Part shown: positions 1-13,374 of the stretch, in pieces
Layout of the letters: every line of letters starts with the position of its first letter
How positions within the stretch are numbered: position 1 is the first letter of the stretch
NCBI RefSeq assembly: GCF_032062105.1
Contig: NW_026941041.1
Location: 62,001 to 126,000 of the forward strand
Length of the DNA stretch: 64,000 nt
Direction of reading: 5' to 3'
DNA from: Saccostrea cucullata
Taxonomy: Eukaryota
Translations under genes and position numbers: made by a program
Notes under the pieces: model-generated
The model's database searches: none
Told to the model about the DNA's origin: nothing
What the model saw: only the letters and a program-made list of their open reading frames with translations

Positions 1-2864
1 TGTAGCCATCATCAGCTTTCAGCTAATTTGAGTTAAAAATGATCTAGATTCAATGTTCTTAAAGAGTCCTAAATACAGGGAGCCTTGTTCTTTCATGAAT
101 TCTGTCAAAAATAATGAAAGACGATGAACTAGATATGAAAAAGTAAATCTAAGCCTTTTACCAAAATAGATTAAATGTTTTAGAAACGAATAGAATATTG
201 TATTAGAATTAGAACAGGCAATATGTAAACCACTATCACATTAACTGATTGATTAAGTGATCAAAAAATTCAAAGGACTTTATACTTAAAATGTAAAATT
301 TCCATCCAATAACATTGGCTTGTAACAGTGTTACGTTTGGTTGCAATGTACATTTTAAATATTAGATTTTTGAACTCCCGGAAAAAAATCCAACTACTCG
401 CACTTCACTTTCTAAGGATCCCAAAATACCATTTAACATGTTTAAGTTTTTTTTTTTTAAATTTTTTCATCATTTGCAATGAAATCAGGTCAAAAAATAT
501 ACATCAAACAAGGCATTCATTTTTGGTTTGTATCATCTGACCTTTAATAATCAACATCATTTATTTGTTTGTAAGATTCATAATGTTTATTGTATATGTA
601 TTTTCAAGGAACTTAAATTTATTTCTGCAAGTAGCATTGATTTAAAACTTCTACCCTTTCTAAGGAGGAAAATTCTTAAACTCATGTCAGTTTAATTTAT
701 TTACATTCCCATCAGTCAAATTCAACTTAAATTAATATGCCTAATATATTATACTATGTGACTGTTTTCTATACTCCATAAAAATTATAATAAGAATAAA
801 TGTAGCAGGTTCCACTGATTGTGGAAGTAAGCTTCTTTCTTATCTTCTCACTAAAATACATTAAACCAGAAATAGCTATAAATACCACATATATAGTTCT
901 TTGTACATATTAAAATGTTTATTTGTTCAATAATAAATATAGAGCATTTTAAATTTTGTTTTGATATGCACAAGGTTATATAGAAATAAAATTACATCAA
1001 GAAAATAATATTTAAAAGGCCTTTTTAAAAAGTTTTATATTCCTAGTGAGTAAATACATGTAAATACTACATGTAGTAAATTAAGTGTACAAAAAATATG
1101 ATAGGAGTCTCAAAATTGTTATCATTAATTACCACGATCCTTTATTTTTCAGCTGGTACATTAAACTCTACATTATTTTTCTCCAAAAATTATTTCATTT
1201 CAGAGGTCAACATAAAACAGAAGACAAACACCTCATCTCCTAATATATCTCTTTTTTTTCAAATATATTTTCCAGATCTTACCTAGAAGAATCTCAGCAT
1301 TTAATTATGTTACACTGAAATTAAACTTCATTTTAGATATTACATAAAATTTAAACTAACAATATGAACTTCAAGGTAATAATTACAAGGAAATCAACTA
1401 ACAAAATATATCATTTTACCCATAAACTTTTATAAAAGATGTATGACAGTCACTTTGTAAAAAAAAAATTACAATATTATAATTAGATAAAAATATATTT
1501 CTCTGTCAAGAAAAAAAAGAGAATTCAAACATTCATTACAAAATAGTACATGCCATCATAAAATCTTATCAACAGAAAGAATTAAAAACAAACAAGCAAA
1601 GTAATTTCATGTACACAAATATTTTCCAACAACTGTACTTTGCTGCATTTACATTACAATGTTTTCATACTGGTACGATTATACTGTCATGATTATGTTT
1701 AACCTCCTTGTACATATTCCAAATATAGATATAGATCTTCTAAATATTAATAAATATGCTTTCGAAAAAAATCTTTATTATTGTGTCCACTAAGTTTTTT
1801 TTTTAATTCTCAAGTCAATAGTCTGATGTTTCTATTATTCTAGCTTTACCCTGCTCATTTATACATCTACACTAAATCTATTACAACAAACATTACACTA
1901 CTACAAGTTTTTAAAAACCCTGTTATCTTCAAAGGAAAATCAACATAAAAAAATACTGGTACATGAACCCTTCGTCAGAGACATAAATAACACAAACTGT
2001 TAAAGTTTGAAATCTCAAGATTTTGTTTACTTTCTTTAAATCTTGCATTATTCAAATCAAATAAGATTAAAATTAATTATGAAGACATTTTTACTGATTT
2101 CAAAAAATTATTCAGAATGTTTTGAATTTACTTAAATGTCTTTCTCCTTTTTCTCTTTATTGCTATAAACAAAGAGAAATCTAAAGTAAACTACTGTTGA
2201 CATACGATCTGCCTTTCGATTACTTTCCTCTTTAATTTGCCCAATTTGCAAACTTTTAATTAACTTTTGCTTCAGAATTTCAACAAATATATATACTTAT
2301 ACATGATTTGTATTATAAAGGGCCATCTTTAGAATATTGTTTTCTTGCCCTTTTCTGACTCAGGGTAAAATGATTAAGCTGTCAGGTAAGTTAGACAGTT
2401 TTTTTCGTGAATATTTCAGCATATTCGGGATGAAGGAAATAAAAAGAAAAAAATGTGTAATGAAATTAAAAAAAAGTTTTGAGTCAAGCCATTGTTAGTT
2501 AGTTAGTCCAAAGAAGGCAATCAAAAATATTTTAAAGATGGTCTAATAAATCAAGAATAATTAGGACTGTCATATATGTAGCAACTGAATCTGTTAATGA
2601 CAAAGTTACAAGTCTCACTTATTTATGTTTCTATTACATGTATCTATGAATTGTACCTCCACTAAATTAAATCGATTTTAAAAATAATTCTCTTGGAATG
2701 TAACACATAAGGCCATAAAATTTAAAGCAGATAGTAAACTGACATCTCTCACTATGGATACTGTCACACAACCATACATTAATTAATCTCAGTTACACCA
2801 TTACAATGTAGATTAATCTCAGTTACACCATTACAATAAATAGAAGTCCTATTTAGCACCACTG

Positions 2865-5800
2865 TTACGTTTTTCTCTTTCTGTCTCTTTTCTTTATGGA
2901 TTTCCTGATAAATTGTATGACTTTGTATGGATCTGTGTTGGCATTCTGAGCCTGAAGAAAAACAAATATCCCAACTCTGGATACAATATATCAAAAATAT
3001 CACTTTTACTACATGTATTACATTTTATTAACTTGTATTTTTGATGATGTCAATAAGCATGCACGGAAACAATGTTGTAAGATGCAGGCAAACCAACTAA
3101 TCATTTAAGATTATGTATTATGCCTCACTGTAAAGTAAATTTATGTTAATAATCTGTTCCATAAAATACTACTTGAATTCATTGATTAACTGAAAATACT
3201 TATTTCCGGCTTTTTAATATTCAACTCACAGTAAAGAGTTCTAAAGAGCTCATATCAGCCCGTATGTCTTCTACTGGGCCTCTAGTAATCAGACGTGCAA
3301 ATGCAGGAATTCTCCCCAGCTTATCCTCCCTGTCCTAGGAAAGACAAACTGGTGTCAGAATTAATCATATTCCATACAACGTTTTCTTAATCAAATATTT
3401 CTAAGGAATAGATCACTCACCCCCATCCCCCACCCCAACCCTTTTTTGTACTGACGTTGTTAAGTAATATTTCTTACTTTTTCAACATCTTGTGTTTTGC
3501 ATAAGCTAATTGGTTATAATATTTAAGATTCTTACTAGAATTGCACATGTCATAATATATATAAAAGGAATACTTTATAAATTGCATTTATATTGTTAAA
3601 TTAAACTTACAAAACTTGGTAGACCCACTCCTGAACTATAGCACAACTTCTCCATATCATCAATGAACGCTGAAAAATATAAAATGCAGATATCTATAAT
3701 CATATTTGAAAAAAAACATATATAATTTAAACATTCCAAATGTAATAATTACTTTCTCTTTAAGATAACAAATTTAATATTCATTATAAACATACCTCTG
3801 TATGTGAAGTACAGGAGATCATAGAAGTCCTGGTCTGCCTCTTCACTGATGATAATGACTTCATTGTCCTTCTTTGGTAACTATTACAATAGATAAAAGA
3901 CAATACAGTTATTTCTAAACCAAATATACACAACTCTGTAAACTGTAGATTAAGGTAAAAAAAAATTGTTTTGATTTTGGCCACAGTAACAGTGATGCTA
4001 ATTAGATAAATTATCACAGGTACCAGACATAGGCTGAAAAATACTGGCTACTTGTGTGTAACAGAATTCCTGAATACATTTCAGATTAGTAAAAGAAAAT
4101 TTTAAAATAAGTGATATTACTAAGAATGAAAAGTGAAAGACAAGACTTGCCTTAAGGACGTTCGATCCTGATATTTTGAGCGTATTTCGCGCAGGTCACT
4201 TATTCATAAAATTAAGCATCATTTTTAGGTTCTAACAATAAAACTGAATTCTACAATGCAAATTAAACTATATTCAATGAAAAAACCGCGATTAAATTCC
4301 ATTCAAGTAGAATTAAGCTAGGGATTATATTTTGTGGCGGAAGGTTTTTTAGACGAAAATGGTCAGTTTTTTCCATTTGAACTATAACAGTACTGTTAAT
4401 TGTGGATGCCTATTTATCCATGCTGGTTGCAAACAAAGCTGTTTGTCGCAGTTAAATATGCAATGCTAGTTCTGAAATATCTATTAAATTATTTTTTATG
4501 AATTCTATCAACAAAGTGTGAAAAATATAGTAAACATATTCTGAAAATCGGGGAAAAAATTGAGCCAATTTTAACGTAAAATTCACACTTTTTTAGTAAT
4601 ATCTGAAAATGTACATCATATACCCCCACTTTTGATGTTCTTTTCTAAATATTCAGGATAACTTTGACCTATTTGCTTAAAATCAGAAAAAGTTTAAGAC
4701 TTTAAAATAATTTTCTTGCTTATTATATTTTCAATGACAGAAAAATAACATTTTATTAGTGCAGAAAGGTCAAATAATTGATTATGCGAAGCAATTTGAA
4801 ACTGTTTCTTAGTCACAATTTTTAAGTGTCTTTTTTTAAACAGACTTAGAGTTAATTTGTTTCGTGCTTTAATTGGATAAAAATATTGCAGGGAAAACGT
4901 CAAAGATGTAATTTTTAATTAAGACACAAAACTCAGTGCAGAAAGGTCATATTAAATGTACTGTAGCGCTAAAAGAAGCATATTGACCCCCATTTTTTGA
5001 TTTGAATTTTAATTAAGCTATGTATGTAGAAACTAAAAATATACTTGGCAAAAAAAGTTTAAGACTTTAGATATCAGGATCGAACGTCGATAATTGGACA
5101 TATATATTACTGTCAGGAAAACTACAATCTTCTTTTAATTTTTAAAACTGGATGATAAATATCAATCAACTTTTACTTTCTAAATTCTCAGCTGATCAAT
5201 GACCTTTTGACCTTAGTACATGTACTCACCAATGAGGCGAGAGCTGCGGCCTTGCCATACTTCACCCCCAGCCCCAGTGACATGTGGATCATAATGAGAT
5301 CTGAGAAGTAATTGTGTTTAGGGAAATCCCTGGTGTAAAGGTTAGCTGCCATTCTCCAGTTTTCAACAGCACCTAGAGGAAACAGTCATATGTTAGTACA
5401 GTTTATATAGGTGCAACAGAAAAGAAAGTCAGATAGTCTTTCTTGGATAAGAGAAAAAGAAAAGCCATGTTTCTGTAATTGATAATTGACTGTAAGAATT
5501 TAGGCTACATAAATATAATTCTTAGGATCTCAGGTAAATTTTCTCCAAAACAAATGTGGGAGGTAGGCTCCTTTTTATCAACATTTTATTGCCGATGAAG
5601 TTGATGAGGGAATTATTTTTTAGCATTACCTTCAAATGTATTTTAAACAAGATAACCAAGTCTCTTTGAAAATGGCTACCCTAAGTGATATTTGAGTTCT
5701 AAACTATGAGAAAATGAGGGCTGAATTTTTTTCCAGATTGATCTCTTACCAACTTATTACACTATCAAAAAACAAAAAATAAAATTTGAAAAGCAGCTAA

Positions 5801-8800
5801 CTGAAAACAAATGTGCATGGGCCCGAGAACCTTAAATTCAATTTTATTAGCCTTACACAAGAGAACAATTTTTATAACTTGGTTGTTTTATTTCTCATGT
5901 AAAAGTATTACCTTGGTACCTGGTTTGATCCAGGAAGTTGTGTAAGTGGGGGTGGACCTGACTGGCCCCACCGTGAGGTAACATGTCCCAGATAAACATG
6001 GGGTATTTATAGCTCTTGTCCACTGCATGCGCTTTCTGTAACCTTCAAAGATCAATATTATTTGAACCAGTATTTCATTCAAAGTACACAGAACAAAAAT
6101 AAATTTGCTACAGTTAGTTTATACCTGATAAGGATTTGCCATCCCCACAGGAAAGATATAACTCTTCAAGAAGATAAATATTTCTCTACACAAAAGATAG
6201 TCTAATAGATATTTAACTGGAACTTTTTTCCCCAAAAAATATAAACATTTCTTTACCTGCTTTTTTTTATTTTATGATCCCAATAACACTGCAGATTTAC
6301 CCCTATTTCAACCAACATCTAGGGCTGAATCTGAAACATGGCTTTGAAATTTTGCATTGATTAATTACCAATTTCGTGACGTCTGCATGAGGTCTGTAAA
6401 CTGTGTATAGGTCCAGTTGAGGGGATGATGCTTCTTAAATAAGGCCAGTGTATGCCAGGTGTCCAACTTAAAAGTGTTGGCTGCCGTAAAGGAATAATCG
6501 GACTCTACGCGACCAAACACGTCCTCCGAAGTGTGTCTGCTCAAAAAAGATTGGAATAACTTTCTGTCGCATAACTGATTTACACAGATTTTGAATTTTA
6601 CCATTGTTCAATGACCACTGCTTGCCATTAGGTACATGTATATTTAGTGTCTAGAACTGTCTACCTTCGTGATATTTAATATGATAAAGATATTTAATAC
6701 AATGTACGACTTAAAGGTACATGTATATATTAAACTGACTCACGTTTTGTATCGGCAAAAATCACAAGTCTCAGCAGTTTTCTTTGAGATTTCCTCCACA
6801 CTGGAAAAGAATAATTCACATTTTGAACTACATAACCATCTACATGTATGTAAAACTAAGAACAGAATCAAGAAGATTTTTTTTTAATTTGTAAATAAAA
6901 ATTTACATGATATACATTATTATGCAAGTACATGTGCATGTATACACTCACTATTCTCGTTCAGGTCTTGGAGGTTTAGACATGGGTCTTTTTTCTCTTA
7001 GAGGATTGTATACATTTTCCTCCCTTGTATATTCATTGTATATGAATAGGATTCTCTGCAACAAAAAAATTTAATAAATAAAATTTTCAGTAGTAATTTT
7101 TTATTGAATTAACAAAAACTGCTAGGAGACCTAAACACAAATTAATCCTAATATTCAACATATCTTAATAATATAAACCTTGCATATTCTGAGCATTTAA
7201 AATCTTAAAACAAATAACTATGTTATGTTCAATGAGAAGATGGTTGGAAAAAATGGAGTTCTATATACAATGATATGCCAGTAGTTGAACAGAAAAGGAC
7301 TATAATACTTCCTATTATAATCAGTAAAATAATGAATAGCATTTTGTCAAAAGCTTATAAAGTCCTAAAGAATTTGAAATTTAAAACAGTATATTAATAC
7401 AAACGTACAAACCTGGTCTTTGACATTGTTGAAAAGCTCCTCATTTCCTCCCAGCCAACCTTTGACCTTTGCAGCAAAGGTTTCTGGGATTACTACCTTG
7501 GCAGGGTGCTCAGTAATTGTGAAAATTGAAGAAAATCTTTTATACATATCTCTGCAAGTGTAATGAAGTTATATGTCAATTTATATGACAATAGATTTCA
7601 AGTTTATGAGAATATAAAATAAGTCAATAAAAAATTGATGCAAGTTTTATGCCATGCAAGTCCATAAAATCTAGCAGTGAGGTCAAATAAAAGAAAAGTC
7701 TCATATGGTGCAGTGTACATGTACCTCAAGTGGTACAGAGTACAAGTATATCAAGGAGTAGAGTTCATGTGTATATCAAGGTATACTGTGTATGTGTACA
7801 TGTGTAATGGATGGGGCCGTGGATATCGGCCTGGATAGATCAGTTGGTAGAGCACCTGACTGGAGATACAGGGGTCCCGGGTTCGATTCCCATCCCTCCT
7901 TACATTTTCTCCTTTCCTGTTACATACGTATATAAAAGGTTACAGTGTACCGGTACATGTATATCAAGGAAATGTGAATTACATGTAACAATTTGATATG
8001 TTGATGTTTGCAGGGTTTTTTTTAGTTCTGACTTCTACACATGTACAAACTTTCATAATATAATAAAGAGTTCATCATCCAGCCATCTAAATTGACATGG
8101 ATTATAAACCCATCTCTGGTTCTCTGGTTTTTAAGAAGACTTACTGACATTCAAATGCTGTAGATTTTTTCCATTTATCCAGAATCTTCGGATAGTCTTC
8201 CAAGGAGAGTGCGTCCTCCGACTTCATGCAGTATTTCTTGAACCATGCCTTAAAAACAGAAATAAACTAAATTAAAAATATAAAATGATTTTGATTCAGC
8301 TGATTTAAAAACTTTCCTCTTGTGGTTTTGTAGTTTGAATAAAAAAATATATTGATATGCTAAGATCTTGAAAAACATTATAGCTGTACAGTCTGGAATG
8401 TAAGAAGGGCCTATTATTATACATTTTTCATTCTTCTATACTAGACATTTCCAATATCATGCATCAGTAAGATTTTTTTTCATCAATTTTTATTTTAGGA
8501 GAGGGGGTTGGTATCGACTTTTATGAAAGCTTTGACATTCTCAGCTCTTAACCCCCTGCTGTCTGTAGTACTTTGATATACTCATATATGAGTCCCCTGC
8601 TATCTGTTGTACTTACAGTTGATATACTCATATATGAGTCCCCTGCTATCTGTTGTACTTACAGTTGATATACTCATATATGAGTCCCCTGCTATCTGTA
8701 CAGTAGTACTTTGACATACTCACTTCTGCATCCCCTGCTATGTGTGGTATTTCAACATACTGTATTGAGGGAAATTTTTTGCCTCCGTTTTATTTTCGCA

Positions 8801-9196
8801 CATTTTGTCCTCTTCAAAGTTGGTGAATTTAAAATGGAGCAAATTTAGAGAACATAACATAATTTCTTATACAGAACCAGACTGGGTGAATTTAAAACGG
8901 GGCAAAATTGTTAGCAAGTGTATAAGGGCGAAAATAACATTGTATACAGTACATCTCTGAACCCCCTGCTATCTGTAGTACATTGACGTACTCACCTCCG
9001 AGTCCCCTGCTACTTGTAGTGCTGGCCACTCTATGTACTTGTTATCTCGATGCTTGGTTACTGTGTATTGAGTTTTGTTTGAAGGTCGTAGAAAGGAGGT
9101 CATCAAATACAACAGAATCACTATGGACACCAGTAGAATCAACAACTGCCATTTCTTAAAGCTAATTACTTTTGACATTTCACCGTTTTGTTTCAT
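2865..9196 (-). CDS. Type II membrane protein with HIT/GalT-superfamily domain (460 aa, 12 coding exons), uncharacterised
   Basis: Phase-consistent GT-AG exons: 9196-8996, 8248-8145, 7551-7413, 7055-6952, 6800-6744, 6536-6369, 6042-5912, 5372-5230, 3880-3796, 3669-3611, 3334-3230, 2951-2865 (1383 nt). N-terminal TM (WQLLILLVSIVILLYLM), CDFC motif and GGASQVHPHLH histidine-triad-like motif. Probable 5'UTR exon with donor near 9870. Confidence 0.85.
4156..5089. mobile_element. Non-autonomous DNA transposon (Kolobok-like MITE) in an intron
   Basis: TIR GGACGTTCGATCCTGATAT (4156) / ATATCAGGATCGAACGTCg (to 5089), flanked by TTAA and ATAA; no coding content. Confidence 0.7.
7803..7924 (+). mobile_element. 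tRNA-derived element bounded by TGTAA...TTACA (SINE-like, or a tRNA-containing solo LTR)
   Basis: Pol III A-box TAGATCAGTTGG and B-box GGTTCGATTCC. No intact acceptor stem or 7-nt anticodon loop. 5-bp inverted termini TGTAA/TTACA. Confidence 0.65.
8551..9020. repeat. 39-46 bp minisatellite derived from the exon/donor junction, interrupted by a MITE
   Basis: About 7 copies of (ga)gtcccctgctatctg..gtact...tactca; period 46 at 8575/8621/8667. The last copy overlaps the coding exon end at 8996. Confidence 0.75.
8760..8949. mobile_element. Tc1/mariner-type MITE
   Basis: TA|CTGTA...TACAG|TA with internal ttttcgc/gggcgaaa inverted motifs; related copy at about 20085-20293. Confidence 0.6.
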
Positions 9197-10165
9197 TACA
9201 TGGCTTTTAACCTGAAAGTAAAATATTCAGGATTTAGTGATCATGTTTATTAAAATCATACAGAGATAATATATATTATATATTCATAGACTGGTTGAAC
9301 TTTTGTCATAAAGAAAAATCTGCATTGATTTTAAAATCAGAGTAAATATAAACTTTGTGTGAAAAAAAACTATAAAAAAAACTGAAGCTCTGTAGAAAAA
9401 CATATCATTTTACCTGTGATATATAAAAACATGAATCAATAACAAATAACAAAGATATGTCTAAATACATTATTAAGTGGCAACAACGTCCCAGTATTGC
9501 CCAACAGGCCCAGCAACGTAATGAACGCATACAACCAGAGGCAGAACAAAGGTAAACGGTCAAGGATGACTTTTTCGAGTCTAACGTTACATCGTCCTAT
9601 TGTGGTTTTTCATTTACCATCAATACATAACAACATATGGGATGTTAAAACCTTTTCTTTTAGGGGTGTATGATAAGAAACTCTTTTGTTGTGTAGCTTG
9701 AATGATCAATCGTTACATTGTTCTCTAACGTTACTCATCAGTTTGTGTACAATCCATAAAGACGATCGAAATCTGCGTCAACATTAAAGATCGGCAAGAA
9801 AGATGAAGAAAATGGAGAGAGAAAAACGATCAAAACAATATAAAATCCATAAAAAATACGTATAGTTACCTCTGTTTGCCTGTCATTAATTGAAATTTCG
9901 AAATATTCCTCAATTTGTTGACTCAAAGCAAACTGCTGTCTTCTCTCATGGTCGCAGACATGTTAATCTGTTTTAAATGAACGCCGAACCCGAACGGAAT
10001 AAAAATCAAAGTACTAATAAAAATACTGACAATTGCAGGAATGACAACTGCTTTTTGTCTATACATGTATACATATCTAAGTAACTCTCTTTCCTTCACA
10101 AATCCGAGAATTTATAACACTTTTATAAATTAAGGCTCGTGTACATACATTTTCCACGCCTACAT

Positions 10166-10283
10166 CACAGACACCTGACGTTACTTATTTTTCTTTTTAT
10201 AAAAAAATATACACATACCTAATTATTAGGTATGTGTATAATATTTTTATCAAAAGAAAAATAAGTAACGTCAGGTGCCTGTG
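10166..10283. mobile_element. 118-bp fully palindromic MITE with 8-bp TSD (P/hAT-like)
   Basis: CACAGACACCTGACGTTAC...GTAACGTCAGGTGCCTGTG; TSD GCCTACAT at 10158-10165 and 10284-10291. Confidence 0.85.
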
Positions 10284-10713
10284 GCCTACATGTAGCAATC
10301 ACTATTAGAAGACTCAAGTATTTAATTCAAGCTGACTATATCTCACGGAGAAATAATATACAGTTTATTCATGAGCTTACTCCAACATGCAGTCATGTCT
10401 TTTTTTAAAAAAAACCCTTTTTTCTCATAAGATTCTGACTCCAATATGATCGACATACAAAATTGAATATTAGAATAAACACCATGCGTTGATATCGTTT
10501 ACTATAAAGAAAGAGAATGCACGTGTTGATATCGTTTAGAAAAACGTTATTCATAATGTACAATGTAAAGGTATGTGGTGGTCCCCAATTCCTTTAACCA
10601 AATGACAAATGAAAGTTAATAAACAGAAATTTTCAGCTGTATTGATGTTAATGACAATATTCAAAACCAGGTTAAACCTAAAACTAGATACACATGTACA
10701 TGTACATCATAAA

Positions 10714-11564
10714 TCAAAAAATCATTGTGACTTGGGGAGAAGTTGGATTTGGAGCCTGCGTAGTGGAGACTTCCGCTGAGGGTATACATTTGGGATTGTG
10801 ATGCACGTGCTGACCGCCGTGGACCTCCACCGTCTCCCCGCGGCATGTCAGCCCCTCCTCACACGGACAATAGTTCATAAACATATTCGGATTACCAAAA
10901 TCGTGGACAAGAAACACGTGGCAAGTCTGCCCTTGGTATCGGCGTGCATGGCAAGTGCCTTTGGATGCCCCGAAAATGAATCGGCGCATGCGCCTGTCTT
11001 CTGCAACACAGCATTCTGTGTCTCCACAGTCCGCGGAGGATGTGCACGACTCTCCCAGGGAATGTACTGTCTGTGAAGAAACATTTCTGTGATACAATGT
11101 TTGTGCAAGGGAAAAACTAGGTATAAATATCATGTATAAAAATGATTAATTAATTAATTTAAAATGTAGTTACGACAAGTTCTAGTCAAGGAAGTATAAA
11201 AACTTTATATAACATTGTATTACGATTACTGATAAATAAAATTACATAAAAGATTAGGAATAAGCACAATTATTGTTCAAAGTACACACGATGGAAGATG
11301 CAAAATGAAAAGACTCAACTGAGAAATGAAAGTTGTACTTTCTTTGTAAACACATCTGATTAACCGACTACAAATATACTGTTACACCTATACGTACATT
11401 ATATTACTGCATTAGATTTATTTCGATCTATTTATTTTGGAAATTACTTGAGTACTTTTAGGCTGATGGGCGTTCATTCATTATTTTGTTGAATACGTTT
11501 GATTTTTTCTGACACTTACCACTAAAATATCCACTATCACCAAAAAGACCAGAGAGAACTTCAT
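10714..11564 (-). CDS. Secreted prokineticin/astakine-like (colipase-fold) 10-Cys protein, paralog A (133 aa)
   Basis: Exons 11564-11520 (MKFSLVFLVIVDILV) and 11070-10714. Cys pattern C-5-C-4-CC...C...C...CPC..GLTC...C; internal RRMRR site. Confidence 0.85.
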
Positions 11565-11651
11565 GTTTTCTTATTTCAGTACACTGGGAAACACCAGGTG
11601 GACGTATACTACATCTGTAAATGTAAACTGACGAAATTTATCAAAGGGGAA

Positions 11652-11662
11652 GGGAAATTTCC
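11652..11662. promoter_or_regulatory. Candidate Rel/NF-kB site GGGAAATTTCC
   Basis: Palindromic kB-type motif about 90 bp upstream of the paralog A ATG; motif match only. Confidence 0.35.
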
Positions 11663-11864
11663 GAAAATTGTCTGCACTGTAGTTTAAAGTTTTAAGATAA
11701 TTAAATATTTTTTTAAAATAATGTGATTATTGCACGTTAATGGTAAACAATATGCACTTATCAGTCTAGTAATTAAAATTTCTTGTTGACTTATTGATAA
11801 ATATATTATCTGGATATTCTAGATTTTAATTTCTTTAATGGAGAACAATTTAAATGATAAGGAT

Positions 11865-12090
11865 TTGTTTGTTTTTGTTTTTTTTTTGAAACAGCAGCAT
11901 TATTTCAATACAATTACAGAGGTAATGGACCATTCGGTGGACCTTTCATACCACAAGAACAATTTGGATTACTTATGATATTACATCTATACAGATCATT
12001 ATTTAAAATGCAATTGTGTCTTAATTTTGTATGTATAATGTTTAGATACCTTCTGCCATATGAAAAATACTTAGGAGGCTTATCATAATG
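11865..12090 (-). mobile_element. CR1-clade LINE 3' fragment
   Basis: Minus-strand translation PPKYFSYGRRYLNIIHTKLRHNCILNNDLYRCNIISNPNCSCG resembles the CR1 ORF2 C-terminus, followed by an A-rich tail. Confidence 0.65.
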
Positions 12091-13374
12091 TAGTATTTAC
12101 TTACAATAATAATGAGATTGAAATTGTAAAAGAATTTAAATATTTAGGAGAGTTTTTTTTTTTTTTTTTTCAAGAACTGGATCATTTTATAGTACTAGAA
12201 AATATACTGTGCAAAGAGCAACAAGAGTTATGTACGCCATAATAAAAAAAGCACGAGAATTTAATTTGTCCATTGATTGTCAAATTGATATGTTTGATGA
12301 AATGGTTATCCCTATCCTTCTTTATGGTTGCGAGATATGGGGATTTGAAAATGTAAACATTATTGAGAAACTTCAACTAAAATTTTGTAAACTTATACTT
12401 CAACTTAAGACATCTACCCCAAACTATACGGTTTATGGCGAGCTTGGTAGATATCCATTAAGTGTAAATATTAAAATGAGAATGATAAAATTTTGGGCAA
12501 AACTGTTGAAATGTAAAGAAACAAAATTATGTCACATTTTATGTAGTTTTCTATACAGTTCATCAATGTACAACAATGTTAATTGTAGTTCTAAATGGAT
12601 TGAAAGTATACAAAATATTTTACAAGAATATGGTTTGAACTATGTCTGGATGTCTCAAAATGTAGGAAATGAAAAATGGTTGTTAAATATAATGAAGCAA
12701 ACACTCATTGATCAATTCATACAAAATTGGAATTCAAATTGTGATGCATCGAGTAAAGGCAAAATTTATAAATTGTTCACTAATAGTAATTTTACATCTA
12801 GGCAGTATTTAAATATCAATGTGTCAACTAATACTACAATTACATTAACAAGATTTAGAACCAGTAATCATAAATTACCCATAGAAAAAGGCCAATGGAG
12901 TAATATACCCTCAAACCAAAGACTATGTACTCTATGTAATAATGATATTGGAGACGAATTCCATTATATTATGTCGTGTCCAGCTCTAAATGATAGTAGA
13001 AAATTGTGAATCCCATCAACATATACAACTCGACCAAGTGCTTTCAAGTTTTCAAATTTATTTTCATGTAAAAAAGTATCCGTTATCAATAACCTTTGTA
13101 AATTCATTACTATAGTTAATAAGAGAGTTACCCCTCCAGGTTAATGTATACCATACAAATACTAAAGTTTTGAGTCCGAACATTATTTAATCTAAAACAA
13201 TAAAATTCAACTAGTATACATTGTGCACATGCGTGAGACGAAAGCGGTCACGAAATTTTTGCTCTTACTGGAAAGGAACTTTTTTGAAGTTTTAAATGGT
13301 ATTTGTAAATATTGAGCCACGAAGATAAAGATATTTGTGTGATATGTCTATTGGAGTATTTAGAAGGATTTAAA

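Noticed and set aside
1-2860. Short ORFs and a 30-bp tandem duplication (about 2780-2836)
   Set aside because: AT-rich 3'UTR or intergenic sequence with no coding signal; the duplication looks like simple slippage.
7826-7897. Functional tRNA gene
   Set aside because: The acceptor stem does not pair and the anticodon arm is irregular; it is embedded in a repeat-like unit.
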